From NCBI GenBank assembly GCA_046094825.1, contig JBJTIF010000078.1, positions 1 through 53,112 of the forward strand: a DNA stretch of 53,112 nt, in the 5' to 3' direction. Position numbers and translations under genes: made by a program. This DNA is from Actinomycetota bacterium. GTDB taxonomy: Bacteria; Actinomycetota; UBA4738; HRBIN12. This document shows positions 28,025 through 37,205 of this stretch, piece after piece (within the stretch, counting starts at the first letter, position 1; each line of letters starts with the position of its first letter). Under the pieces are notes generated by a model. The model was not told the DNA's origin, made no database searches, and worked only from the letters and a program-made list of their open reading frames with translations.

Positions 28025-28947
28025 GCCGCGGCCTCCTGGGGCTCACGCGTCGCGCGGAGGCTGAGGACGATCGACACCGTGATGACGAGGAGGACGACGC
28101 CGAGCGACAGGAGCGTCGGGATCTTCACGACCTCGAGGAGGAGCATCTTCACGCCGACCCACACGAGGACGAGCGAGAGCCCGATCTTCAGGTACACGAA
28201 CCGGTGGACGAGGTCGGCGAGCAGGAAGTAGAGCGCGCGGAGCCCGAGGATCGCGAACGCGTTGCTCGCGAACACGAGGAACGGCTCGCGCGTCACCGCG
28301 AAGATCGCCGGGATCGAGTCGACCGCGAAGATGATGTCGGTCACCTCGACGAGGACGAGCACCATGAGGAGCGGCGTCGCGAGGCGCTTGCCGTTCACCT
28401 TCGTGAAGAGGTGGCCGTTCGCCCAGTCGTCGGTCATCGGGATGAAGCGCTTGAAGAGCCGAGCGGTGCGGGTCTGGCTCGGGTCCTTCGCGTGGTCGTC
28501 CTGCCGCGCCATCTTGATCCCGGTGAAGACGAGGAACGCCCCGAACACGTAGAGGATCCACTGGTACTCCTCGATGAGCGCCGCGCCGAGGGCGATGAAG
28601 ATCGCGCGGAAGAAGAAGGCGCCGATGACGCCGTAGAAGAGGACCCGGTGCTGGTACTCGCGCGGGACCTGGAAGTACGTGAAGAGCATCGCGAAGACGA
28701 AGATGTTGTCGACGGCGAGCGACTTCTCGATCACGTAGCCCGCGAAGTACTGCGCGGCGAGTTCGCCACCGAACTTGAAGGCGATGAGGCCGCCGTACGC
28801 GAGCCCGATCGCGATCCAGACCGCGGACCAGATCGCGGCCTCGCGCGTCTCGACGACGTGGTTGTCGCGGTGCGCGAAGAGATCCACGAGGAGCATGACG
28901 ACGATCGCGCCGATCGTCGCTGCCCAGAGCCAGACGGGAACGTCCAT
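28021..28947 (-). CDS. TerC/Alx family metal-homeostasis membrane protein
   Basis: EKSLAVDNIFVF, TDIIFAVDSIPA, SNAFAILGLRALYF. Confidence 0.93.
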   Translation of the reverse strand: MDVPVWLWAATIGAIVVMLLVDLFAHRDNHVVETREAAIWSAVWIAIGLAYGGLIAFKFGGELAAQYFAGYVIEKSLAVDNIFVFAMLFTYFQVPREYQHRVLFYGVIGAFFFRAIFIALGAALIEEYQWILYVFGAFLVFTGIKMARQDDHAKDPSQTRTARLFKRFIPMTDDWANGHLFTKVNGKRLATPLLMVLVLVEVTDIIFAVDSIPAIFAVTREPFLVFASNAFAILGLRALYFLLADLVHRFVYLKIGLSLVLVWVGVKMLLLEVVKIPTLLSLGVVLLVITVSIVLSLRATREPQEAAA

Positions 28948-28948
28948 T

Positions 28949-28982
28949 CCTGCATCGTACTTCCGGTGCAGGGACTCCGCAA
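28949..28982 (-). promoter_or_regulatory. Sigma70-type promoter of terC with overlapping inverted repeat
   Basis: TTGCGG(28977-28982)-17 nt-TACGAT(28954-28959)-6 nt-ATG; CCTGCA-N12-TGCAGG at 28949-28972. Confidence 0.65.
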
Positions 28983-29013
28983 GTCCTCGGGCTCGATCCC
29001 CTCGGGATCGGCG

Positions 29014-29265
29014 TCAGGCGAGGCCGGCTGCGCGGAGCTTCGCGGTGAGCTCCTCGTCGGAGGGCTCGGTGAGATGGCTCCCGTCCGGGAAGACGATCAC
29101 CGGGATCCGCTGCTCACCACCGTTGTAGCGGAGGATCGCCTCGATCGCGTCCGGATCGTTGTCGGAGTCCACCTCGACGTACGCGACGCCGAGCGCCGCG
29201 AAGACCTTCTTCGCACGGCGACAGTCGCCGCACCAGTCGGCCCCGTACATCGTGACCTCGGCCAT
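29014..29265 (-). CDS. Mycoredoxin/NrdH-like glutaredoxin
   Basis: MYGADWCGDCRRAK, NGGEQRIPVIVFPDGS.L.EPS. Confidence 0.88.
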   Translation of the reverse strand: MAEVTMYGADWCGDCRRAKKVFAALGVAYVEVDSDNDPDAIEAILRYNGGEQRIPVIVFPDGSHLTEPSDEELTAKLRAAGLA

Positions 29266-29288
29266 CCCTGCCTCCCGTCCCGGCTTCC

Positions 29289-29306
29289 CCTACCCCCGGG
29301 GGTAGG
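29289..29306. promoter_or_regulatory. CsoR/CstR-type operator
   Basis: Perfect 18-bp palindrome CCTACCCCCGGGGGTAGG (TAC-C/G tract-GTA) between divergent redoxin and csoR-family genes; TACCAT -10 at 29309-29314. Confidence 0.8.
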
Positions 29307-29353
29307 CGTACCATCCGGCGCGGGCGCCGCCGGCGCCCACCGGGAGGGTACCC

Positions 29354-29617
29354 ATGGAACCGGACCCGCGGATCGTCGAGGAGGCGCTCGTGCGCCTCGC
29401 GAAGGTGGAGGGGCAGGTGGCCGGGGTCGCGCGGATGCTCCGCGAGGGCCGCGATTGCCGGGAGGTCATCGCGCAGCTGAGCGCCGCGGGACGGGCGCTC
29501 GACCGCGTCGGCTTCCGGCTCGTCGCGAGCGGGCTCCGACGCTGCGTCACGGAGGGCGGCGCGGACGCCGAGGCCTCCGCCGAGGAGCTCGAACGGCTCT
29601 TCCTGCAGATCGGATAG
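29354..29617 (+). CDS. CsoR/RcnR-family repressor, CstR-like (probable persulfide sensor)
   Basis: RLAKVEGQVAGVARM...DCREVIAQLSA...SGLRRC; both Cys present, Cu-ligand His replaced by Gly. Confidence 0.85.
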   Translation: MEPDPRIVEEALVRLAKVEGQVAGVARMLREGRDCREVIAQLSAAGRALDRVGFRLVASGLRRCVTEGGADAEASAEELERLFLQIG

Positions 29618-29625
29618 GAGGCGAC

Positions 29626-31017
29626 ATGGCGATCGACTACGAGGTCTTCGTCACGGCGGGGCTCGGGGACAACACGTTCCTCGTGGCCTCCGGCGACGAG
29701 GCGGTGCTCGTCGACCCGCAGCGCGACGCGTGGCGGTTCGTCGCCGCCGCCGAGCGCCGGGGGCTCCGGATCCGGGGCGTGCTCGAGACGCACGTCCACA
29801 ACGACTACCTCTCCGGCGCGCACGAGGTGCGCGCCGCGACGGGCGCCGACATCCTCGCGCCGGCGAAGGGCGGGTACGCGTTCCCCCACACGCCGTCCGA
29901 GGAGGGCGTCGAGATCGCGATCGGCGACCTGCTCCTGCGTGCGTGGGACACGCCCGGCCACACGTACGAGCACATCGCGTGGGCGGCGTTCCGACCGGGC
30001 GATGCGGGCGACGCGACGCCGCTCGCGGTCTTCTCCGGCGGGTCGCTCCTCGTCGGGAGCGCCGGCCGCACCGACCTCCTCGGCCCCGACCACACCGCGG
30101 CCCTCACCGACCTCCAGTTCGCGACGATGGCCCGGTACCGGGCGCTCCCCGCCGCCGTCGACCTCCTGCCGACGCACGGCGCAGGGTCGTTCTGCGTCTC
30201 GACGCTCCCGACCGCTGCGCGTGTGTCGACGATCGGCGAGGAGCTCGGTCGCAACGCCGCGCTCACCGCGAGCGATGGCGCGACGTTCGCCGAGCAGCAG
30301 CTCACCGGGGTCTTGGAGTACGCGCGGTACTACGCGGCGATGGCACCGCGCAACCGCACGGGTCCCCCCGTCCTCGGCTCGACGCCTCGACCGCCGCGCC
30401 TGGACGGCGCGGCGGTCGCGGAGCACCGGAGGCGGGGCACGGTGATCGTCGATGCGCGGGACCGCGAGTCCTTCGCCGCGGCCCACATCCCCGGCGCGCT
30501 GAACGTCGAGCTGAACGAGGGGTTCTGCACGTACGTCGGCTGGGTCACGCCGTTCGACTGCGAGCACGTCCTCGTCCTCCCGGAGAGCGACGACGCGGAG
30601 CGCGAGGCGATCGACCAGCTCATCCGGATCGGGTACGACCGGACGGTCGGGATCCTCGAGGGCGGCATGGCGTCGTGGGCCGGGGAGACGCGCTCGTACC
30701 CGATCGGCACGACGAAGGAGCTCCGCGAGCGGCTCACCGACGGCGAACCGACGACGGTCCTCGACGTCCGGCAGCCCGGCGAGTGGGAGAGCGAGGGCGT
30801 CGTGCCGGGGAGCATCCGGATCTTCGTCGGCGACCTCCCCGAGCGCCTCGACGAACTCGACCCTGGCGCGGAGCACTGGATCTTCTGCACGAACGGCCAC
30901 CGGGCGTCGCTCGCCGCGAGCCTCCTCGACGCCCGCGGGATCCGCGCGCGGCTCATCGCGAAGAGCGGCGTCCTCGGGCTGCTCGACCACCTCGAGCCGC
31001 TCGGCGCGGCGCGGTAG
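29626..31017 (+). CDS. MBL-fold persulfide dioxygenase-like / double rhodanese fusion (CstB-like)
   Basis: ETHVHNDY, TPGHTYEH, PTHGAGSFC, pseudo-rhodanese (DAR...HIPGA), C-terminal rhodanese FCTNGHRA; AGGAGG SD. Confidence 0.88.
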   Translation: MAIDYEVFVTAGLGDNTFLVASGDEAVLVDPQRDAWRFVAAAERRGLRIRGVLETHVHNDYLSGAHEVRAATGADILAPAKGGYAFPHTPSEEGVEIAIGDLLLRAWDTPGHTYEHIAWAAFRPGDAGDATPLAVFSGGSLLVGSAGRTDLLGPDHTAALTDLQFATMARYRALPAAVDLLPTHGAGSFCVSTLPTAARVSTIGEELGRNAALTASDGATFAEQQLTGVLEYARYYAAMAPRNRTGPPVLGSTPRPPRLDGAAVAEHRRRGTVIVDARDRESFAAAHIPGALNVELNEGFCTYVGWVTPFDCEHVLVLPESDDAEREAIDQLIRIGYDRTVGILEGGMASWAGETRSYPIGTTKELRERLTDGEPTTVLDVRQPGEWESEGVVPGSIRIFVGDLPERLDELDPGAEHWIFCTNGHRASLAASLLDARGIRARLIAKSGVLGLLDHLEPLGAAR

Positions 31018-32607
31018 TCAGCGTCCGCGGCGCGAGCGCGGCGCGCCGCCCTCGCGCCGCGGGGCGATCGCCCGTCGGCGGAGGTTGCTCGCGTCCTCGG
31101 CGACCAACGTGACGCCCGGCGCCGCGGCGAGCGTCCGCTCGACGACCTTCGCGGCCTGCGGCGGGACGTCGACGACCTCGACCTCGATGCCCGCCGCCTG
31201 CGCGCCCGTCACGAGGTCGCGGAGCGCGAGCGCGCCGGTGAGATCGACGCGACCGAGCCCACCGAGGTGGAGGACGAGCCGCCGGATGCCGGGGTGGCGC
31301 GCGACGAGGGCGTTCACCTCATCCTGCAGCGCCGGCGCGGACGCGAAGAAGAGCACGCCGTGCGGCTCGACGTGGAGGACGTCGCCCTCGACGCGTTCGT
31401 CGAGCGGGACCCGGACCTCGCGCCAGAGGTGGGCGGCGATGCCCACCCCGATGCCGAGGAGCACGCCCTCGTCGACGCGCGGCGAGAGCGCGATCGTCGC
31501 CGCGAACGTCGTCACCGCGACCCAGAACTGCGCCCGGGCGAGCCGCCGGTACTCCCGGAACGGCGCGGGGTTCAGGAGCGAGACGACCGCCGCGATGACG
31601 ATCCCCGACAGGACCGCGCGCGGGAGCGGCGCGATCGCGTCGGCGAACGGGAGGAACGCGAGGACGACGACCGCCGTGATGACGCCGCTCCAGCGGGTCT
31701 CCGCGCCGGCGAGGCGGTTCAGCGCGCTCCGGCTGAACGAACTGCCGACCGGGTAGGCGCGGAAGACCCCCGCGACGAGGTTCGCGAACCCCTGGCTCAC
31801 GAACTCGCGGTCGGGCTCCCACGCGGTGCGGTCGGCCGCGGCGTAGTGCCGTGCGATCGCCGCGGGTTCGGCGAAGCCCACGATCGCGATCGTGAGCGCC
31901 GGGAGGAGGAGCTGACCGGCGAACGACCACGGGAGGTCGAGCGACGGGAGCGGCAGGCCGGAGGCCACCGCGCCGACCGTCGGCACGTCGATCCCACCGA
32001 CCTCGACCGCGAGGATCCCGCCGACGACGGCGATGAGGACGCCGGGGAAGAGCGGATGGAGCCGTCGTCCGGCGAGCACGAGCGCGACGGTCGCGAGGCC
32101 GAACGCGAGCGCGGGGAGGTTCCACGAGCCCGGGGCGAGCGTCGCGCGCGCCGCCGAGGTAATCGGGTGCGCCGCATCCCCGGTCGTCCCGAGGACCGCC
32201 GGCAGCTGCGTCGCGACGATGAGCACGCCGGCGGCGGCGGTGAACCCCGCGACGACCGGCTGCGACATCAGGTAGGCGACGCGACCGATCCGCAGGAACC
32301 CGAAGAGCGCGCGGATGATCCCGACCTCGAGCGCGAGGAGCGCGGCGAGGGCGACGTACGGCGGTGCGAGGGGCATCGCGAGCCCCGAGAGCGCCCCGAG
32401 GGTGAGGAGCGAGGTGAGCGCGGTCGGCCCGGACTGGAGAGCGACGGAGGACGAGGTGAACGCCGTGATGAGCGGCGCGAGCGCCGCGGCGTAGATGCCC
32501 TGCTCGGGCGGCAGCCCCGCGAGCGCCGCGAGCCCGATCGCCTGCGGCACGATGAGCATCGCGACCGAGATCCCGGCGACGAGGTCGCCGGGTCTCGGCA
32601 GCGCGAT
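31018..32607 (-). CDS. SulP/SLC26 anion transporter with STAS domain (start uncertain)
   Basis: DLVAG...IVPQAIG, SGPTA, SSFSRSA, STAS LFFA...VDLTG; first canonical ATG (32559) falls inside TM1; ATC 32607 or CTG 32622 are candidates. Confidence 0.85.
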   Translation of the reverse strand: MALPRPGDLVAGISVAMLIVPQAIGLAALAGLPPEQGIYAAALAPLITAFTSSSVALQSGPTALTSLLTLGALSGLAMPLAPPYVALAALLALEVGIIRALFGFLRIGRVAYLMSQPVVAGFTAAAGVLIVATQLPAVLGTTGDAAHPITSAARATLAPGSWNLPALAFGLATVALVLAGRRLHPLFPGVLIAVVGGILAVEVGGIDVPTVGAVASGLPLPSLDLPWSFAGQLLLPALTIAIVGFAEPAAIARHYAAADRTAWEPDREFVSQGFANLVAGVFRAYPVGSSFSRSALNRLAGAETRWSGVITAVVVLAFLPFADAIAPLPRAVLSGIVIAAVVSLLNPAPFREYRRLARAQFWVAVTTFAATIALSPRVDEGVLLGIGVGIAAHLWREVRVPLDERVEGDVLHVEPHGVLFFASAPALQDEVNALVARHPGIRRLVLHLGGLGRVDLTGALALRDLVTGAQAAGIEVEVVDVPPQAAKVVERTLAAAPGVTLVAEDASNLRRRAIAPRREGGAPRSRRGR

Positions 32608-32623
32608 GCGCCGACCCTCCAGG

Positions 32624-32860
32624 TCAGGCGCCCTTGCGGACGAGGAACATGAGCGCGCCGTCCTCCTCGCCGGACGACACGATCTCGTTGCCCGTGTCGT
32701 CGGCCCAGGCGGGGAAGTCCGTGAGCGACCCCTTGTCGGTCGCGAGGACCTTCAGCACCTGGCCCGCCTGCATCCCCTTGATCGCCTGGTTCGTCTTCAC
32801 GATCGGGATCGGGCACTGGAAGCCCCGCATGTCGAGCGTCTGATCCACGTGGTCCGTCAT
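32624..32860 (-). CDS. tusA: Sulfur carrier TusA
   Basis: LDMRGFQCPIPIVKT (CPxP), ATDKGS..DFPAW; GAGGGAGG SD. Confidence 0.92.
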   Translation of the reverse strand: MTDHVDQTLDMRGFQCPIPIVKTNQAIKGMQAGQVLKVLATDKGSLTDFPAWADDTGNEIVSSGEEDGALMFLVRKGA

Positions 32861-32870
32861 CGTCCCTCCC

Positions 32871-33431
32871 TCAGATGAACAGCGTGACGTTGGCCTTGCG
32901 CGCCTCGGAGAGGAACGCCGCCGCGCCGCCGTACTCGACGCCGTCGATGAAGTCCTTCTCCGTGTACCCGAACACGTCCATCGTCATCGTGCAGCCGATG
33001 AGCCGAACGCCGCTCTCGAGCGCGAGCGCCCGGAGCTCCTCGACGTCGGCGACGCCCTTCTTCTTGAACTTCTGCTTCATCATCCACGTCGCGCCCGGCA
33101 CCATGCCCGGGATCACCGTCGCGAGCTGGGGCATCGGGATCGGCATCGGCATCGCCGGGTTGCCGGTCGGACCGACCCGCACCGTGCGCCCGAAGTTCTT
33201 CTTCAGGATGTTCAGGCCGTAGAACGTGAAGAAGACCGAGCACTCCATGCCCGCGGCCGCCGCGGCGTTCGCGAGGATCAGGGGCGGGTACGCCCAGTCG
33301 AGCGTGCCCTTCGACGCGATGATCGCGGCCTTCTTCGACCCGGGATCCTTCGCCTTCGCGAGCTCGTCGCGGACGATCGAACGGATCTGCTCCTCGGTGA
33401 GACCGGCGAGCGAGCGTTCATCCTGCAACAT
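32871..33431 (-). CDS. DsrE2-type sulfur carrier (DsrE/DrsE_2 family)
   Basis: KGTLDWAYPP, FFTFYGL, GNPAMPMP, GCTMTMD, FIDGVEYGGAAAF. Confidence 0.9.
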   Translation of the reverse strand: MLQDERSLAGLTEEQIRSIVRDELAKAKDPGSKKAAIIASKGTLDWAYPPLILANAAAAAGMECSVFFTFYGLNILKKNFGRTVRVGPTGNPAMPMPIPMPQLATVIPGMVPGATWMMKQKFKKKGVADVEELRALALESGVRLIGCTMTMDVFGYTEKDFIDGVEYGGAAAFLSEARKANVTLFI

Positions 33432-34275
33432 GCGCCGTCACCTCCTCGGTGATCGTCCGCGCGGTGCGTTCCGCGCGGGCGAGCCACCATCCTGCCACGG
33501 CGTCCGCGTCGACCGGACCGACGCCGTGGATGACCGCCTGTCGGGCGGCCTCCTCGCCGAGCCACGCGACCGTGGCCCGGAGGTCCTGCTCCGCCATCGC
33601 CCGCAGGGCGTAGGCGCGCTCACCCATGCGGATGCCGACGCCGACGGCGCGCGCGCCACGGACGACGTCGGTGCGGGTGAGGACGATGCCGGTGCGCACC
33701 GGGGCGGTCGCCACGGCGAGCACGCCGGCGGCGTCGGCCGGCGGCGGGGCCGCGGCGCGGAGCGCGACCGGCAGGAGGTCGGGGCGGCCGAGGTCGTCGG
33801 CCTCGGCGGCGAGCGCCGCGCGGACGGCGCCGGCCCACGCGACCTGGTGGTCGGTGCCGACGCGCTCGACGGCCGCGAGGAACGGACCGGTCCACGCGAG
33901 GAGGTGCTCCCACAGGAGCGCGCACCGCGCCTCGCGGCGCAGGAGCCGCTTCGCGGGATCGTCCTCGCGGTCCTCGAGATCGGCGAGCGACGCGAGGAGG
34001 CCGAGGAGCGACGCGAGGTGGTCGGGTTCGGCGGGCGGGACGAGGCCGAGCGCGCGCCAGAACCCCGCGATGCGGTCGCGCGCCTCCCCGCCGAGCATCC
34101 CCTCGTCGCCGAGGTAGACGGAGGCGAAGGGGTAGACGTCGAAGAGGAACGTCGCGGTCTCGTCGGCGGGGTCGCCGGGCGCCGGGAGCTCGAGCGCCTC
34201 GGTGAGCCGCGCCGTCTCGGGACCGGGACGCTCGCAGAGCGCGCCGAGCCCGCGGAGGAGGTCGGCGCGGCTCAC
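33418..34275 (-). CDS. TorD/DmsD-family molybdoenzyme maturation chaperone
   Basis: YPFASVYL, EPDHL, EHLLAW; GTGA overlap with Mo subunit. Confidence 0.85.
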   Translation of the reverse strand: MSRADLLRGLGALCERPGPETARLTEALELPAPGDPADETATFLFDVYPFASVYLGDEGMLGGEARDRIAGFWRALGLVPPAEPDHLASLLGLLASLADLEDREDDPAKRLLRREARCALLWEHLLAWTGPFLAAVERVGTDHQVAWAGAVRAALAAEADDLGRPDLLPVALRAAAPPPADAAGVLAVATAPVRTGIVLTRTDVVRGARAVGVGIRMGERAYALRAMAEQDLRATVAWLGEEAARQAVIHGVGPVDADAVAGWWLARAERTARTITEEVTAHVAG

Positions 34276-37205
34276 CGAGGCTCCGGGATCGCGAAGACCT
34301 CGCGCGCGGGCTTCAGCGGACGCATGAACCAGTACGGACGTCGCGTGCCGTCGGGGGTGAAGCCCCGGACGTCGCGCGTCTTCTCGAGCCACTCGCGGTA
34401 GATCGCGTGCGAGCGCTCGGTGTCGACGTGGATGTCGCCGTACGCCTCGTCGGGTCGCGCGCGACGCACGCGGACGGCCTGGTGCCAGCAGTGCTGGCCG
34501 GAGATCGGGTCGGGGTGCACCGGGAACGTGAGGTTCTGGTGGACGCCGACATCGGTCCACCAGATGCGGGCGGTGTCGGGGTCGCTCGAGGCGAACGGGC
34601 GGGTCCCGGAGACGCGACGCATCCCCCAGCGCTCCCCGGCGCGATCGAGGTCGACCGTGGCCATGAGCTGGCGCTGCCCGTCCTCCGCGCCGCGGACCTT
34701 CCACCGGCCCATGTGGTGGCTGCACGCGACGACGCCGGGGCGGATGCCCTCGGTGACCCACGCCTTCACGACCATCGAGCCGGAGTGCGTCTCGACGGCG
34801 ACGAGGTCGCCGGTGCGCACGCCGACGCGCGCGGCATCGCTCGGGTGGAGCCAGAGCGGGTTCGTGTGCGCGATCTCGTCGAGCCACTTCGCGTTCGCGC
34901 TGCGGGTGTGGATCTGCACGGGGAGGCGGAACGTCGAGATGAGCGGCATCTCGCCGTCCTGGAGGGCCGACGGGTGGACGTGGCTCCGGATGTAGCCGGG
35001 GAGCACGTGCTCACGCCAGCCCCACGCGGCCATCGTGCCGGACCAGAACTCGAGCTTGCCGGAGGGCGTCGGGAACCCGCGGAGCACCTCACCGTCGACG
35101 CGCACGCCGACGGGACGACGCCCGGCGTCGTCGGGGTCGGGCGCGCCCATCGGCACGACGTTCGGATCGTCGGGCTTCGGCGTCCGCGTGTACACGCGAC
35201 CGAGGGGGGACTCCGCGACGTCCTCGAGCGCGGCGACGTCGACGGGTTCCTCGAAGATGCGGCCCATCCCCTTGCGGATCTCGAATGCCCCGTAGCGACG
35301 CATGTACCCGAGCGGCGTGAGGCCTTCCGCGGCGGCGGCCTCGGGGAGCCCCGGCACCGAGTGCTCGAACATCCAGCCGTAGTACTCGTCGACGGTGAGC
35401 TTCGTGCCGGGCTGCGCCTTCGACTCGTGGAACCTCCGGATACCGAGCGCGCCGTCGGGGTCGATCCGCCACGAGAGCTCGGTCCAGAACTCGTTCTCCT
35501 CCCAGACCTCGCCGGGGTTCGCCTCGCGGGTGTCGGTGACCGGGTGACCGAGCCGCTCGCGCGCGGTGCGCAGGACCGGCTGGCGGAACCCGATCCACTG
35601 CCCGTCGTACTGCTCGTACGAGTGCGTGTCGTGCCGCTCGGACCCGAGCCCCATCGGGAGCACGTAGTCCGCGAAGTGCGAGGTCTCCGACCACGTCGGG
35701 GTGAGCGCGACGTGGAGCCCGACCTTCGCGGGGTCCGTGAGGACCTCGATCCACGTGAACCCATCGGGGTTCGTCCAGACGGGGTTGTAGACGCGGCTGA
35801 AGTACACCTCGAGCCGACCGCGGCCCTCCTTCAGGAAGTGGGGGAGCAGGTACGAGAGCTCGTTGAGCGCGAGCGGGTACTCGAGTGGCCACGTGAGCTC
35901 GTTCCACGTGTGCGGGTGCGGTGGCGTGTGGATCGGCTTCGGCACGAACTTGTTCCAGGCGTTCGGGTAGAGCCCACCCGGCGTCGCGACCGCACCGAGG
36001 AGGGCGTTCAGGAGGAAGAGCGTGCGCGAGACCTGCCAGCCGCCGAGGTTGCCGGCCGCGGCCGAGCGCCACGAGTGCGTCGAGAACCGCGTCCCGGCAC
36101 CGGCGACCGCCTCCGCGACGCGCGCGATCTGCGCCTCGTCGACGCCGGACTCCGCGGCCGCGAAGGCGAACGTGTAGGCGGCGTAGAGCCCGCGGAGGAG
36201 TTCCTCGAATCGCTCGAAGGTGCCCGGCCCGCCGGCGTCCTCGTTCGCGAGGTACTCCTCCCAGTTCCACCAGCGGCGGACGAACTCCCGGTCGTACGCG
36301 CCGGTCGCGATCACGTGGTTCGCGATCGCGAGGAGGATCGCGGCCTCCGAACCCGGCCACGGCGACACCCACTCGTCCGCGTGCGTCGCGCTGTTCGACA
36401 GGCGCGTGTCGAAGACGATGAGCTTCGCGCCCGCGCCCTTCGCGTCCATGATCCGCTGCGCGTGCGGGTTGAAGTAGTGGCCCGCCTCGAGGTGCGACGA
36501 GACGAGGAGGATCACGTCGGCGTTCGCGTGGTCGGGGCTCGGGCGGTCGATGCCGGTCCACAGGTGGTAGCCCATCCGGGCGCCGGACGAGCAGACGTTC
36601 GTGTGGGAGTTGTGCCCGTCGACGCCCCACGACGCGAGGACGCGCTCGGTGAACCCGTCCTCGCCGGGTCGGCCCACGTGGTACATGACCTCGTTCGGTC
36701 GGCCCTCGGTGATCGCGGCACGGATCCGCGCGGCGATGTCGTCGAGCGCCTCGTCCCACGTGATCTGCTCCCAGCGACCGCCGCCGCGCTCCCCCGCACG
36801 ACGCAGCGGGTGGAGGATGCGGTCGGGGTCGGTGACCTGGTTCATCGTCGCCGGCCCCTTCGCGCAGTTGCGCCCGCGCGAGCCGGGGTGCTCGGGGTTG
36901 CCCTCGAACTTGCGGACGGTGAGCGTCTCGGGGTCGACGTACGCGAGGAGCCCGCACGCGGACTCGCAGTTGAAGCACGTCGTCGGGACGAGCATCGAGC
37001 GCTGCTCGACGCGACGCGGCCAGGCCTTCGAGTCGAGCTCCACCCAGTCGTCCCAGCGCTCCTTCGGCGGGAACGCCGCGAGGTGGATCCGCGAGGCGCC
37101 GGGGTAGAACGTCTCGCCACGCGCCTCGGTGTCGCGGCGCGCGGCGCTCACGCGCTCGGCGGCGCGCTCGACGTCGTCGCGGCGACGGGTGCGGTCGGCG
37201 CTCAT
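34272..37205 (-). CDS. DMSO-reductase-family bis-MGD oxidoreductase catalytic subunit (Psr/Sre/Soe-like), no Tat signal
   Basis: FS0 motif TTCFNCESACG...NCAKG, WDEALD, NSHTNVCSS (candidate Cys ligand), SETSHFADYVLP, TPSGKLE, HTRS; ~977 aa. Confidence 0.92.
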   Translation of the reverse strand: MSADRTRRRDDVERAAERVSAARRDTEARGETFYPGASRIHLAAFPPKERWDDWVELDSKAWPRRVEQRSMLVPTTCFNCESACGLLAYVDPETLTVRKFEGNPEHPGSRGRNCAKGPATMNQVTDPDRILHPLRRAGERGGGRWEQITWDEALDDIAARIRAAITEGRPNEVMYHVGRPGEDGFTERVLASWGVDGHNSHTNVCSSGARMGYHLWTGIDRPSPDHANADVILLVSSHLEAGHYFNPHAQRIMDAKGAGAKLIVFDTRLSNSATHADEWVSPWPGSEAAILLAIANHVIATGAYDREFVRRWWNWEEYLANEDAGGPGTFERFEELLRGLYAAYTFAFAAAESGVDEAQIARVAEAVAGAGTRFSTHSWRSAAAGNLGGWQVSRTLFLLNALLGAVATPGGLYPNAWNKFVPKPIHTPPHPHTWNELTWPLEYPLALNELSYLLPHFLKEGRGRLEVYFSRVYNPVWTNPDGFTWIEVLTDPAKVGLHVALTPTWSETSHFADYVLPMGLGSERHDTHSYEQYDGQWIGFRQPVLRTARERLGHPVTDTREANPGEVWEENEFWTELSWRIDPDGALGIRRFHESKAQPGTKLTVDEYYGWMFEHSVPGLPEAAAAEGLTPLGYMRRYGAFEIRKGMGRIFEEPVDVAALEDVAESPLGRVYTRTPKPDDPNVVPMGAPDPDDAGRRPVGVRVDGEVLRGFPTPSGKLEFWSGTMAAWGWREHVLPGYIRSHVHPSALQDGEMPLISTFRLPVQIHTRSANAKWLDEIAHTNPLWLHPSDAARVGVRTGDLVAVETHSGSMVVKAWVTEGIRPGVVACSHHMGRWKVRGAEDGQRQLMATVDLDRAGERWGMRRVSGTRPFASSDPDTARIWWTDVGVHQNLTFPVHPDPISGQHCWHQAVRVRRARPDEAYGDIHVDTERSHAIYREWLEKTRDVRGFTPDGTRRPYWFMRPLKPAREVFAIPEPR

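Noticed and set aside
28948-29013. yybP-ykoY riboswitch upstream of terC
   Set aside because: Only 66 bp, with the promoter directly abutting the ATG; the hairpin at 28994-29010 is more likely a weak terminator for the redoxin gene
29354-29617. Copper-sensing CsoR
   Set aside because: Cu-ligand His absent; no copA/copZ nearby
12355-31017. Apparent giant fusion ORFs in the track (12355-15828, 21172-24903, 21109-24696, 28204-31017, 16805-19075)
   Set aside because: Their N-terminal parts are off-frame read-through over neighbouring genes; real starts are internal
34272-37205. Formate dehydrogenase or nitrate reductase call, or selenocysteine recoding
   Set aside because: No FDH-type C/U-H motif, no in-frame TGA, not NarG-like; context is sulfur relay
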